This document shows, piece after piece, positions 1 through 8,909 of a DNA stretch of 64,000 nucleotides. The stretch's first letter is position 1. The number at the start of each line of letters is the position of its first letter. Source of the DNA: Acidobacteriota bacterium (GTDB lineage Bacteria > Acidobacteriota > UBA890 > WLXD01). The position numbers and the translations under genes are program-made. Below the pieces are notes generated by a model. That model had not been told where the DNA came from and made no database searches. It saw only the letters and a list, made by a program, of their open reading frames with translations. Location of the stretch: assembly GCA_965205505.1 (NCBI GenBank), contig CBDBHB010000009.1, positions 640,001 to 704,000 on the forward strand. Direction: 5' to 3'.

Positions 1-1080
1 CACTTGGAAGCCATTGCGATAGCCGGCCGCCTCGTACGCCTGGTTCCACCAGCGTGCTCCATCCAGCAGCGCCGAGCGGATGGGCTCGGGGGTGCCCCGG
101 TCCAGGTAGTAGACGATGGGCTCGACGGCGTCCGAGACCGCGGCGCTGGGGTCGACCTTCTCCAGCCGGTGACGGTTGACGAACCGTTTGGTCAACGATG
201 TGCCGAGCGGCACCGCGTAGTCCTCGTAGGTGAGGCCGAAGGCGCCGGATCGCGGGTCGAAGGCGCGGGGTTCGTAGCCGCCGTCGGGTAGCTCCACGAA
301 CTGGTGATGAGTGCGGACGGTCACCGCCTCGGTGCTCGGGGTTACCGCCGATAGCGAGCCCCGCCCGAAACCACCGCCAGGCCCAGGCTGCGTCCCGAAC
401 CCGCCGAAGCCGCTACTTCCACCGCCCTGAGTGGTAAATGTGAGGGTGGCGTTCATGATGATGTTCTTCGGGAAGGCCTTGGTGTGTTCCCTCGAGATGG
501 CGCTGCGCGAGCTGTCGAGCCGATACTGGGCCGGTTGCAGGTTGACCGCGACACCGTGAGTGTCGCGCAACAGAAACTCGGTCATATTGACCAACGCGCG
601 GTCGTCGGTCTCGGCGGCGACCGTGAAGCCCCAAAGCACCGACTGCGCGAACGCTTCCTCGACCGCCACGCGCTCATCGGCGTTGTCGCTGTCGGCGCGG
701 TATCTCAGGTTGGGCTGCAGCATCAGGATCTTGGGGCCAACACGCTCGAACCTGACGAGATTACTGCCGCCGCCCTGTCCTCGATCGAGTCCGATGTCGT
801 TGGAACCCAGCCCCGCCGCCAGGCCGCGGACGTACAGGACGTCCTCGTCGAACCTGGCGATCTCCATGTAGAGCGTGCCCGCGGCGACATCCCAATAGAG
901 TGGGAAGAGGCCGTCGAGCTTCTCCATCGCGGCGACCTTCTCCTCGATCGAGGGCGGTGATTCAGAAGCAGCCGCGGTGAGATCGTCGGGCTCCTGGGCC
1001 AGGGTGGGCGTCGGAGCGCTCATGAGCACGGCAAGCAGGCAAGCGATGCGTCGGGCGCCCAGCCATCGACGTTCGATCAA
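1..1080 (-). CDS. Secreted zinc-dependent metalloprotease-family protein (DUF5117/DUF4953-like), N-terminal part; runs off the window edge
   Basis: Not in the ORF track because it has no stop in the window. Hand translation from TTG 1080 (GGAGG RBS upstream) is open to base 1: signal-like start, then DGLFPLYWD, GLGSNDIGLDRG, RAFDPRSG, PIVYYLDRGTPEPIRSALLDGARWWNQAYEAAG. Confidence 0.8.
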   Translation of the reverse strand, partial: MIERRWLGARRIACLLAVLMSAPTPTLAQEPDDLTAAASESPPSIEEKVAAMEKLDGLFPLYWDVAAGTLYMEIARFDEDVLYVRGLAAGLGSNDIGLDRGQGGGSNLVRFERVGPKILMLQPNLRYRADSDNADERVAVEEAFAQSVLWGFTVAAETDDRALVNMTEFLLRDTHGVAVNLQPAQYRLDSSRSAISREHTKAFPKNIIMNATLTFTTQGGGSSGFGGFGTQPGPGGGFGRGSLSAVTPSTEAVTVRTHHQFVELPDGGYEPRAFDPRSGAFGLTYEDYAVPLGTSLTKRFVNRHRLEKVDPSAAVSDAVEPIVYYLDRGTPEPIRSALLDGARWWNQAYEAAGYRNGFQV

Positions 1081-1510
1081 GGTGAACCTCCGGAGGAATG
1101 GGTCCCGCGGGCACCTGGCTCCGGCCGGCCGGGTCGGGCAAGGGCGCTCGGGAAGGATGTCAGTTAGCGGAAGTCGCCAGTGTGCCAAGAGTGGCGCCAA
1201 TCACCAAGTCGGGGCCGAGGTTGCCATGGAGAGCGCCCCGACGATGCCGACAGACCGGTGTTGTCCAGCGGAACCCGTCGCCCGGCCCTTCTGGGGTCCC
1301 CGACACCGATCCCGTCTGCCATCGTTGATCGGGACCAGAACACGTTGATTCACGCCGCCGCAGGTTTCTCCAGCGGTGGTGGTTATCCGGGTTTGATGGT
1401 GCTCGCCGGGCTAGATCCGGCAAGCTTCGATCGGTCGCTGCGCTCCGTCTGACGTAGTGCTGAAGCAGCCAGTCGCGCTGCGGCGAGCACCACCAGTTCT
1501 CAACGGCCGG

Positions 1511-2494
1511 TCAGCCCGACGGGGCGCGCATCCGTGCCACTTCCGCCTCGGCAGCGATGTATCCGAAGGCGGCCCAGCTGGTGCCCTCGAGAATGCGCTC
1601 GAAGATCTCGAGGGCGCGCGTCTCGTTGCCGTTGTAGAGGTACCAGTTGCCCACGCCGTATCCCTGCGTGGCGATGTTCAAGGCGACATCCGGATCATCG
1701 ACCGCCCGCAGGTCGAGTAGGTCATCGGGGTCCACCTCGCCCTTGTACATGAGCAGGCGCTGGTGGTACGCGTCGTTTTCCACCACCTCCAGGTCGGCCG
1801 TGATCGGGGCGAGTAAGTCGATGGCCTCAGCGTCGCGTCCGAGCCGCCGCAAGCTCATGTACATCCAGTCGCTGGTGGCTACGAGCAGATCGGGGTTGTC
1901 GGAGACCTGCATGCAGCTCCGGTATGCCTCCAGCGCCGCCTCGAAGTCGCCGCGCAAGTAATGGGCGAGTGCGAGGTGGTACCAGATGTTGAACTTGTCG
2001 GTCGACAGCGGCGTGTTGAGACGGTTGGGGATGCCGTCCGGCTCGATGGCGTCGTCGAAGCCGGATGCGAGCCGTGCGGCCACCTCGAGGTCAGCCATGG
2101 CGTCGTCGAATCGCCGTAGCGAGATGAATCGGTGGCCTCGGTGGCGGCGCAAACGGTACGAGTCGGGATACATCTGCAGCCCGTCGCCATAGATCGCCAC
2201 CGCATCGCCGAAGCGACCGGCGTAGGCGACGCGCCTGCCGAGCCAGATGAGCGTGTCTTCATCGGGGTCGGCCTCGTGTGCAGCTCGCGCACTCTCGATG
2301 TTGGCATTGAGCTCCGCAAGACGCTCGGCCGTCGGCCGGGCAGCGTACAGGGGCTTGCCGAGCAACGATGTGGCTTCGGGCGCGGCGGTCGTTGTGGCGC
2401 CCGCGACAGGGTCTCCGGCGCGCCCACCGTCGTCGGTTGGTGAGCCGCCGCAAGCAGCAAGGAACAGAGCGAGCAAGCAGGTGAACGATCGCAT
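1511..2494 (-). CDS. TPR-repeat lipoprotein
   Basis: Lipobox LAAC; helical repeats (WYHLALAHYLRGDFEAALEAY, YGVGNWYLYNG). Confidence 0.8.
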   Translation of the reverse strand: MRSFTCLLALFLAACGGSPTDDGGRAGDPVAGATTTAAPEATSLLGKPLYAARPTAERLAELNANIESARAAHEADPDEDTLIWLGRRVAYAGRFGDAVAIYGDGLQMYPDSYRLRRHRGHRFISLRRFDDAMADLEVAARLASGFDDAIEPDGIPNRLNTPLSTDKFNIWYHLALAHYLRGDFEAALEAYRSCMQVSDNPDLLVATSDWMYMSLRRLGRDAEAIDLLAPITADLEVVENDAYHQRLLMYKGEVDPDDLLDLRAVDDPDVALNIATQGYGVGNWYLYNGNETRALEIFERILEGTSWAAFGYIAAEAEVARMRAPSG

Positions 2495-2590
2495 CGTCGG
2501 TTCCTCGTGCTCAGAGGGGCGGATTGGTCCGGGAGCCGGCAGGGTGTCGCAGCGCCGCGGGCGGATAGCTCCTTGTCTTACACAATGACC

Positions 2591-2869
2591 CTAATGGTCG
2601 GGACGCAGCGAAACCAGCGTTGCGCCCCAGCTCGATGCGTCGCCGGCGAGGCGATAGGAGGCAACATCGTCGCGGCGTTCCAAGGCGGCGTGGACGATGC
2701 GTCGCAGCGTGCCGGTGCCCTTGCCGTGAATAATGCGGATCTCGGTGATGCAGTGTTCGCGGCAGGCGTCGAGGTAGTCGTCAACCAGCTCCTTGGCGTC
2801 GCGTGGGTGGAATGTGTGCAGGTCGAGAACGCCGTCGATCGGTAGCTCGATGGCGTCATCGTCGTTCAA
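2591..2869 (-). CDS. Smr/MutS2 C-terminal domain protein
   Basis: LDLH...IRIIHGKGTG...WGAT Smr signature. Confidence 0.9.
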   Translation of the reverse strand: MNDDDAIELPIDGVLDLHTFHPRDAKELVDDYLDACREHCITEIRIIHGKGTGTLRRIVHAALERRDDVASYRLAGDASSWGATLVSLRPDH

Positions 2870-2883
2870 CTCGACCCCCGGGG

Positions 2884-3060
2884 TCAGGGAGGCGCGGCCG
2901 CGCCTTCTTCGTACAACGTCAGCTTGTCGAGCTCATCGGCAGCGGTATGCGCGCCGATCATAACCGGTCTCTTGGCCGTCGCGCCGGCGATGATCTCGCC
3001 GACCGTGTGGCGCGGGCGCGGGATCGCATCGCTGCCGTCGGCGCGATCGCGATCCGCCAT
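2884..3060 (-). CDS. Small hypothetical protein (~58 aa)
   Basis: Hand-read ORF MADRDRADGSDAIPRPRHTVGEIIAG... co-oriented directly upstream of Smr; no homology recognised. Confidence 0.3.
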   Translation of the reverse strand: MADRDRADGSDAIPRPRHTVGEIIAGATAKRPVMIGAHTAADELDKLTLYEEGAAAPP

Positions 3061-3228
3061 CACGACGAGTCTCGTTGACGATCGATACCTGCGGTACGCT
3101 AACGGCTACTTGTGCAGATGCTGATGCCGAAGGATCCACGGTTGGCCTCGCCCGGCGGCAGGTTTTGGGCCATTTGAACGCGCCCTGCACACCGGGTCGG
3201 GTCGAGACCGACAGAAAGGGACGCCGAA

Positions 3229-4131
3229 ATGCATTCGAACGAACTGGAGACGGTGACCGTCGACCTCGCGTACGGAAGTCAGAGCATGGTCGAGTCGCTG
3301 CGCCGCGTTGCGGTCCGCATACCCGGCGAGGCGTTCGCTCATGCCGACCCGTTGACCTGGCACTACAGCTCAGCGCCCGACCTCGGTGAGGCGCGTGCCG
3401 AGCACGCGGCTCTGGTGGAGATTCTGCGCGACCACGGCGCCGAGGTGATCGAACACGCGCGACCCGCTGATGGCCTGGCCGACGCTATCTTCGTACACGA
3501 TCCGCTGTTGGTGACCGACCACGGAACGGTCGTTCTGCGTATGGGGAAGGAATTGCGGCGTGGCGAGGAGGAACCGCTGGCGGCTACGCTCGAGGACGCC
3601 GGCGTGCCGATCCTCGGCCGCTTGTCGGGCAGCGCCACGGCAGAAGGCGGCGATCTTGTTTGGCTCGATCACGACACGTTGGCAGTAGGCCAGGGGTTCC
3701 GCACCAACGCAGAGGGCCTCGCCCAGCTCGAATCTATCCTCGCACCGATCGGCGTGGCATGCGTGCCGGTGCCGCTGCCGTTCCACGATGGCGCCGCCGC
3801 ATGTCTGCACCTGATGTCGATCATCAGCATGCTCGACGACGATCTCGCGGTGGTCTATGAGCCGTTGCTTCCGGTTCCGTTCTGGCGCCTCCTCCAGGAT
3901 CGAGGCATCGAGCTCGTGCCCGTGCCGGACGAGGAGTTCCCCACCCAGGGGCCCAACGTATTGGCGCTTGCCCCGCGGCGTTGCGTGATGGTCGAGGACA
4001 ACACGCAGACGCGGGCGCGTCTCGAGGCGACCGGATGTGAGGTGCTTACGTATCGTGGGCGTGAGCTGTCGCTCAAGGCAGAGGGTGGCGCCACCTGCCT
4101 GACTCGGCCGGTATTGCGCTCTGCCTCGTGA
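3229..4131 (+). CDS. Amidinotransferase/arginine deiminase superfamily enzyme (DDAH-like)
   Basis: DAIFVHD, RRGE, EGGD, RTN, LHL and C-terminal GGATCLT catalytic motifs. Confidence 0.85.
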   Translation: MHSNELETVTVDLAYGSQSMVESLRRVAVRIPGEAFAHADPLTWHYSSAPDLGEARAEHAALVEILRDHGAEVIEHARPADGLADAIFVHDPLLVTDHGTVVLRMGKELRRGEEEPLAATLEDAGVPILGRLSGSATAEGGDLVWLDHDTLAVGQGFRTNAEGLAQLESILAPIGVACVPVPLPFHDGAAACLHLMSIISMLDDDLAVVYEPLLPVPFWRLLQDRGIELVPVPDEEFPTQGPNVLALAPRRCVMVEDNTQTRARLEATGCEVLTYRGRELSLKAEGGATCLTRPVLRSAS

Positions 4132-5396
4132 GCTCGGTGCTCACGTCGCTGGAGCAGCGGGCGCTCGAGGCGCTCGATCTGGATGGCATGGTCGAACTGC
4201 TCGATCGTCTCGTGCGGGTCCGTAGCATCGGCGGCAAGGAGTTGCCGGCGCAGCAGCTCGCCGCCGACTTCATGGCAGCGTCCGGGCTGGACGTCGACAC
4301 CTGGTCGATCGATCTCGACGCACTGCGCCGTCATCCCTACTTCTGCGAGGAGATTCAGCGCGATTGTGCCCTCGGTGTGGTCGGGCGGCTGGGATCCGGC
4401 GACGGGCCGACGTTGCTGTTCAATGGCCATGTCGATGTCGTCGGCGCCGGCGATGAGTCCGACTGGAGCTCGCCGCCCTGGCAAGCGACCCTGCGCGACG
4501 GCGCGGTGTACGGTCGCGGGGCAGTAGACATGAAGGGCGGTGTATGCGCCGCAATGTGCGCTGCCAAGGCTCTGGTGGACGCGGGCGTGCGCCTGCGGGG
4601 ACGCCTATTGGTAGCACCCGTCGTGGGTGAGGAGGACGGCGGTACCGGAACGCTGGCTGCGATCGAGCGCGGTCACGTCGCCGATGCCGCGGTCATCATG
4701 GAGCCCACCCGCATGCGGATCGCGACGACGCACGCCGGTGCGTTGAATTTCCGAATTCGTCTCAAGGGGCTCTCGGCGCACGCCTGCATGCGTGCGGAGG
4801 GTGTCAGCGCCGTGGACAAGCTGCCGCCGTTGTTAGCCGCGCTCGCCGCGTTGGAGCAGCGCCGCACCGATCGCTACGACAATCCACTGTTCGCCGCGTA
4901 CGGCATCCCGTTTCCGCTTTCCGTTGGTCGTGTGCAAGCCGGCGACTGGCCATCGTCTGTCCCGGACTGGCTGGAGATCGAGGGGCGGTACGGTGTTGCC
5001 CCGGGCGAAAGCCTGGAGTCGGCGCGAGCGGAGTTTGAAGACACCCTCGCGTCGCTCGGCGAGCAAGATCCGTGGCTTGCCGAGCACCCACCCGCCCTGG
5101 AATGGTGGGGAGGGCAGTTCGAGCCCGCCGAGGTCGACCCGCAGGCGCCCATCGTCGATGCGGTCGCCGACGCCTATCGGGCCGTCAGCCAGCGCGACGC
5201 GGTGCTCGAAGGTATGACCTACGGCGCCGACATGCGGCTACTGGTCAACGTTGCCGGCATTCCCACGGTGATGTTCGGAGCGGGCGATGTTCGCCAGGCG
5301 CACCGGCCCGACGAGTTCGTGCCGTTGGACGAGTTGAAGGACCTAGCGCAGACGCTGTGCCTCACCGCGATGCGCTTCTGCGGCGTCGAGCGGTGA
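4128..5396 (+). CDS. M20 ArgE/DapE-family deacylase (YodQ/YlmB-like)
   Basis: NGHVDVV, GRGAVDMKGG, GEEDGG, MEPT, AHRPDE; GTGA overlap with the upstream stop. Confidence 0.88.
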   Translation: MSSVLTSLEQRALEALDLDGMVELLDRLVRVRSIGGKELPAQQLAADFMAASGLDVDTWSIDLDALRRHPYFCEEIQRDCALGVVGRLGSGDGPTLLFNGHVDVVGAGDESDWSSPPWQATLRDGAVYGRGAVDMKGGVCAAMCAAKALVDAGVRLRGRLLVAPVVGEEDGGTGTLAAIERGHVADAAVIMEPTRMRIATTHAGALNFRIRLKGLSAHACMRAEGVSAVDKLPPLLAALAALEQRRTDRYDNPLFAAYGIPFPLSVGRVQAGDWPSSVPDWLEIEGRYGVAPGESLESARAEFEDTLASLGEQDPWLAEHPPALEWWGGQFEPAEVDPQAPIVDAVADAYRAVSQRDAVLEGMTYGADMRLLVNVAGIPTVMFGAGDVRQAHRPDEFVPLDELKDLAQTLCLTAMRFCGVER

Positions 5397-5405
5397 CCGG
5401 TCCGG

Positions 5406-5900
5406 CTAGCTGTTGAGGAGACGCACCATGGTCAGCGCGTCCTCCCGCGGATTCGGGTAGTAGCCGCGTCGCACGCCGGCGCTGTGGAACCCGAGACGCT
5501 CGTAGAGGCGCTGGGCAGCGGTGTTCGACATCCGCACATCAAGACGACAGCTGTTGGCGCCGCGCTTCTCGGCCCAGCGGAGCGCTGTCTCGATGAGACG
5601 CTGGCCGAACCCGAGGCGCCGATGGTCGGAGGCCACGGCGACGTTGGCGATCAGCGCGTCCCGGCGATCGGGACAGGCGATCAGGTAACCGGCAACACCG
5701 CCGGCGTGTGCGACCAGACAGAGCAGCTCAGGTGCCGTCAATGCCAGCTCGAATGCCGAGCGCGGCCACGGGGCGGCGAAGCTGTCGTTCTCGATGACGA
5801 GAATGGTGTCGATGTCGGCGTCGCACATGCGTCGCAGCTCGACGGCTTGCCCTGTGGTAGTGGGCGCGGTGCCGGCCCCTCCACCGACCAGCGCGGGCAT
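5406..5900 (-). CDS. rimI: Ribosomal-protein-alanine N-acetyltransferase
   Basis: IENDSFAAPW, NVAV..RRLGFG, LDVRMSN, GVRRGYYPNPREDAL. Confidence 0.85.
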   Translation of the reverse strand: MPALVGGGAGTAPTTTGQAVELRRMCDADIDTILVIENDSFAAPWPRSAFELALTAPELLCLVAHAGGVAGYLIACPDRRDALIANVAVASDHRRLGFGQRLIETALRWAEKRGANSCRLDVRMSNTAAQRLYERLGFHSAGVRRGYYPNPREDALTMVRLLNS

Positions 5901-7591
5901 CAGCTCGCCGTATACTTGATGATCATCAGCGTGAGGTCGTCGTGCTGCGGGGCGCCGGTGCTGAAAGCTGAGACGGCGTCGAACACGGCCTTACCCATGG
6001 CGGCCGCGTTCTCGTGGCGCTCCGCCACCACCACTGAAGCGAGCGCCTCCTCTCCGTACTCTTCCTCAGCCGGGTTGTTGGCCTCGGTAATGCCGTCCGA
6101 GAACACCACCACCACATCATCGTCGTTGAGCTGTATGGTCTGCACCTCGTAGTCACGGTCGGCGAATAGCCCCAAGGACAGGCCGCCGCCCATCAGACGC
6201 TCGGGTTCTGCGTCGCCGCGTACCAGCAAGGCGGGGTTGTGCCCGGCGTTGACGAACTGCAGCTGCCCATCGGGTCGCAGCAGCCCCACGAAGAATGTCG
6301 CATAGCGCTCGGGTGAAGTGCGCTCGACCAGGAAGTTGTTCACATGGCTGCAGACGAACGCCAGGTCTTCCGAGGTCTGGGTGGCCGCCAAGAAGGCCGC
6401 TTGCAGCGTGGCCATCAACATGGCGGCCGGGATGCCCTTGCCCGAAACGTCACCGACGGCGAACCCGAGCGTGCCCCATTGCGTTTCGAAGAACTCGTAG
6501 TAGTCGCCGCCGACGCCGCGCGAGGGAACGTTGAGAGCGTGAACGTCGTACCAATCTGACTCCGGGAAGTCCGACAGGAGCAAGCTTTGCTGGATGCGGG
6601 CGGCGACGAGCAGCTCGTCCTCCATGCGCCGCTTCTCGAGCGCTTCTTCGTAGAGGCGGGCGTTGTCGATGGCGATCGCCGCATGGCTGGCGAACGACTC
6701 GAGCATCGACAGATCCTGATCGCCGAAGTTGCGTGTCGGCGTCCGTCGATCGACGTAGAGCACCCCGAGGATTCGCGGCGACGAATTACCGCCATCGCTG
6801 CTCTGCAGATCCCCCAGGTCGGAATCCTCCACGCGGGAGAAGTGCGAGAGTCGCAGCGGTACGCACATGACGGTCCGCAGATGCAGCCCGACGATGCTCT
6901 GCTGGGCGCTGAAGTGCTCGTCCTCGGTGACGTCGGTGAGGATTTGCGCCTTGCCATTGCCGAAGACGGCCCTCACGACGCTCTGGCTGTATTGGGTCGC
7001 CAGGGCGTCGCTGGTGAGGTTGCGCTGGGCAGCGATCTCGAGCGCCTCGGCCTCGCTTCCCATCAGCATCATGCAGCGCTCGCCCTCGGTGAGGGCGATC
7101 ACTGCGTCCATGACCTTCTCGAGCACGTCGTTCAGGCGCAACGACGAGTTCAACGCTTTGCTTATCTCCAGTAGCGCCTCCAGGTTTCGGGTGCTGTTCC
7201 GTTGCTCCCTGGCCACGCTGCCGCCGTCCATCGTCGTCGCCTTACCGGTGCTGGCGATCATCATCGTGAACTCGCCTCCCGAGCGGAAGGTGAGCAAGTG
7301 GTTTGTGGCACCACCCAGGCGAATCCGATCGTTCGGCCCGAGCACATGACGCTGGATGCGCTTTTGGTTCACGAACGTGCCGTGAGTGCTGCCGAGATCT
7401 TCGATGACGAAGTCGGCGGCGTCGCACAGAATGCGGGCGTGATCGCGCGATACAGTCGGATCGAGCACCTGTATCTCATTGGTGCTCCGGCGACCCAGAG
7501 TGAGCGGCAGGTTCTCTAGCGCCACCCTGGTCATATCGCCGTCCGGATCACGGAACGTCAGGTACGGCTGGGCCGACAAGTCCTCGGACAT
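5900..7591 (-). CDS. FHA-GAF-PP2C (SpoIIE-type) Ser/Thr phosphatase
   Basis: FHA (LGR, VSRDHA, GSTHGTFVN), GAF (MCVPL..GVLYVD), SpoIIE (VGGDYY, GDVSGKG, NAGH, SDGITEA, DDLT). Confidence 0.9.
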   Translation of the reverse strand: MSEDLSAQPYLTFRDPDGDMTRVALENLPLTLGRRSTNEIQVLDPTVSRDHARILCDAADFVIEDLGSTHGTFVNQKRIQRHVLGPNDRIRLGGATNHLLTFRSGGEFTMMIASTGKATTMDGGSVAREQRNSTRNLEALLEISKALNSSLRLNDVLEKVMDAVIALTEGERCMMLMGSEAEALEIAAQRNLTSDALATQYSQSVVRAVFGNGKAQILTDVTEDEHFSAQQSIVGLHLRTVMCVPLRLSHFSRVEDSDLGDLQSSDGGNSSPRILGVLYVDRRTPTRNFGDQDLSMLESFASHAAIAIDNARLYEEALEKRRMEDELLVAARIQQSLLLSDFPESDWYDVHALNVPSRGVGGDYYEFFETQWGTLGFAVGDVSGKGIPAAMLMATLQAAFLAATQTSEDLAFVCSHVNNFLVERTSPERYATFFVGLLRPDGQLQFVNAGHNPALLVRGDAEPERLMGGGLSLGLFADRDYEVQTIQLNDDDVVVVFSDGITEANNPAEEEYGEEALASVVVAERHENAAAMGKAVFDAVSAFSTGAPQHDDLTLMIIKYTAS

Positions 7592-7783
7592 CGTTGCTCG
7601 TGTGGTTTGCCGGAGCGGGGCGAGCCAGCGGCACCGACGAGCGCGTCTCGGTCGCCGACCCGAGAAGGGGACGAGGCCGTACGATCAACTGGTCAGACCG
7701 CGAGAGGCATTCTACTTCGCGTCTGCTGGTGGCGTCACGATGGGCGCCGCCGACGGCGCGGTTGTGCCCATCTCGATCCAGTG

Positions 7784-7800
7784 ACATTGTCAGACAAAGT
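7784..7800. promoter_or_regulatory. Putative operator ACATTG-N5-CAAAGT for the downstream winged-helix regulator
   Basis: Imperfect palindrome 30 bp upstream of ATG 7831; autoregulation is inferred. Confidence 0.4.
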
Positions 7801-7830
7801 ACTCGTCGGAACGAATTCGAGGCACCGCGG

Positions 7831-8406
7831 ATGGAATCCTTACAGGCTCGGGCAGAGCAGCACCTGCAAGTGATTCGTGCGGCCATGGAGCGCGCCGCTT
7901 CGTTCACTGCGTTACCGGGCTGGGGCGGCGTGATCATGGGAGCGGTTGGCCTGATAGGGGCGCTGGCCGCCGCGCGGATGACAGATCCGCGGCAGTGGGT
8001 GTTGGTTTGGCTCTTTGCAGCGGGCGTTGCCGTCCCTGTCGGGGCGTTCACCATGTGGCGTAAGGCGAGCAGGGCCGGGGTCGACCTTTATTCGGGCACC
8101 GCGCGTATGTTCGTTGGCTGCTTGGCAACGCCCATCGCGGCCGGCGCCATCCTTACGGCGGCGTTGATCGAGCGGCAGGCATATGCGGCGCTGCCAGCCG
8201 TGTGGCTGACCTTGTACGGCACCGCAGCGGTCGTCGGCGGCGTATTCTCGGTACGCCTCGTGCCGATGATGGGGGTGGCGTTCATGGTGCTGGGTGGACT
8301 CGCCGCCTTCGCGCCGCTGGCGGTTGGCAACGCGCTCATGGGTGTCGGCTTCGGCTTGCTCCATGGGGTGGTCGGGCTGGTCATCGTTCGCCGCTTTGGC
8401 GGCTGA
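7831..8406 (+). CDS. Multi-pass membrane protein
   Basis: About 6 hydrophobic segments; start moved to ATG 7831; typical partner of the downstream HTH regulator. Confidence 0.75.
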   Translation: MESLQARAEQHLQVIRAAMERAASFTALPGWGGVIMGAVGLIGALAAARMTDPRQWVLVWLFAAGVAVPVGAFTMWRKASRAGVDLYSGTARMFVGCLATPIAAGAILTAALIERQAYAALPAVWLTLYGTAAVVGGVFSVRLVPMMGVAFMVLGGLAAFAPLAVGNALMGVGFGLLHGVVGLVIVRRFGG

Positions 8407-8421
8407 CGCAAGAGAGGCGAT

Positions 8422-8799
8422 ATGAAGGTGAAACGACAGCGTGACCGTTCTAGCGGAGCCCGGTCTCCGGTGTTGCCCAGGCTAATCGAGGGTGGCGTCG
8501 ATGCCGCCGCGCCCCTCGACCGGATGATTCATCAGCCCGTGCGCCTGGCGATCGTCAGCTCGTTGGCGGTGAACGATGCGCTGAGCTTCAACGAGCTCAA
8601 GCAGCAGCTCGAGTTGAGCGACGGCAACTTGAGCGTGCACGCGCGCAAGCTCGAGGACGCCGGGTACGTCGCTTGCGACAAGAAGTTCGTGGGGCGTATG
8701 CCACGTACGCAGTACCGACTGACCGGCTCAGGGCGCAAAGCGCTCGAGCGCTATCTGGAGCACATGGAGGCGCTTATCGCGGCCGTGCGGCAGTCGTAG
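8422..8799 (+). CDS. Winged-helix transcriptional regulator (HTH_34, ArsR/MarR-like)
   Basis: LDRMIHQPVRLAIVS..FNELK..SDGNLSVHARKLEDAGYV..PRTQYRLT. Confidence 0.88.
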   Translation: MKVKRQRDRSSGARSPVLPRLIEGGVDAAAPLDRMIHQPVRLAIVSSLAVNDALSFNELKQQLELSDGNLSVHARKLEDAGYVACDKKFVGRMPRTQYRLTGSGRKALERYLEHMEALIAAVRQS

Positions 8800-8863
8800 C
8801 AGGCCCCGCCACACTGTCACCACGGCCCGCTAGCAGGCCCGCCACACTTCCATCACGGCCTGC
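8797..8863. repeat. Two tandem collapsed copies of the TAGCAGGCC-ended miniature element
   Basis: TAGCAGGCC-CGCCACACT..CA(C/T)CACGGCC(C/T)GC twice; matches the TIR at 33764-33796. Confidence 0.75.
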
Positions 8864-8909
8864 CCGACGCAAGGAGTCGCCGGCGCTGCGTGGCATAGTT
8901 GAAAGCACC

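Noticed and set aside
1081-1510. Short overlapping ORFs or an ncRNA in this gap
   Set aside because: No recognisable protein motif, RBS-supported start or convincing structure
8797-8863. Mini CRISPR array
   Set aside because: Two abutting units with no spacers, explained by MITE ends; no cas genes
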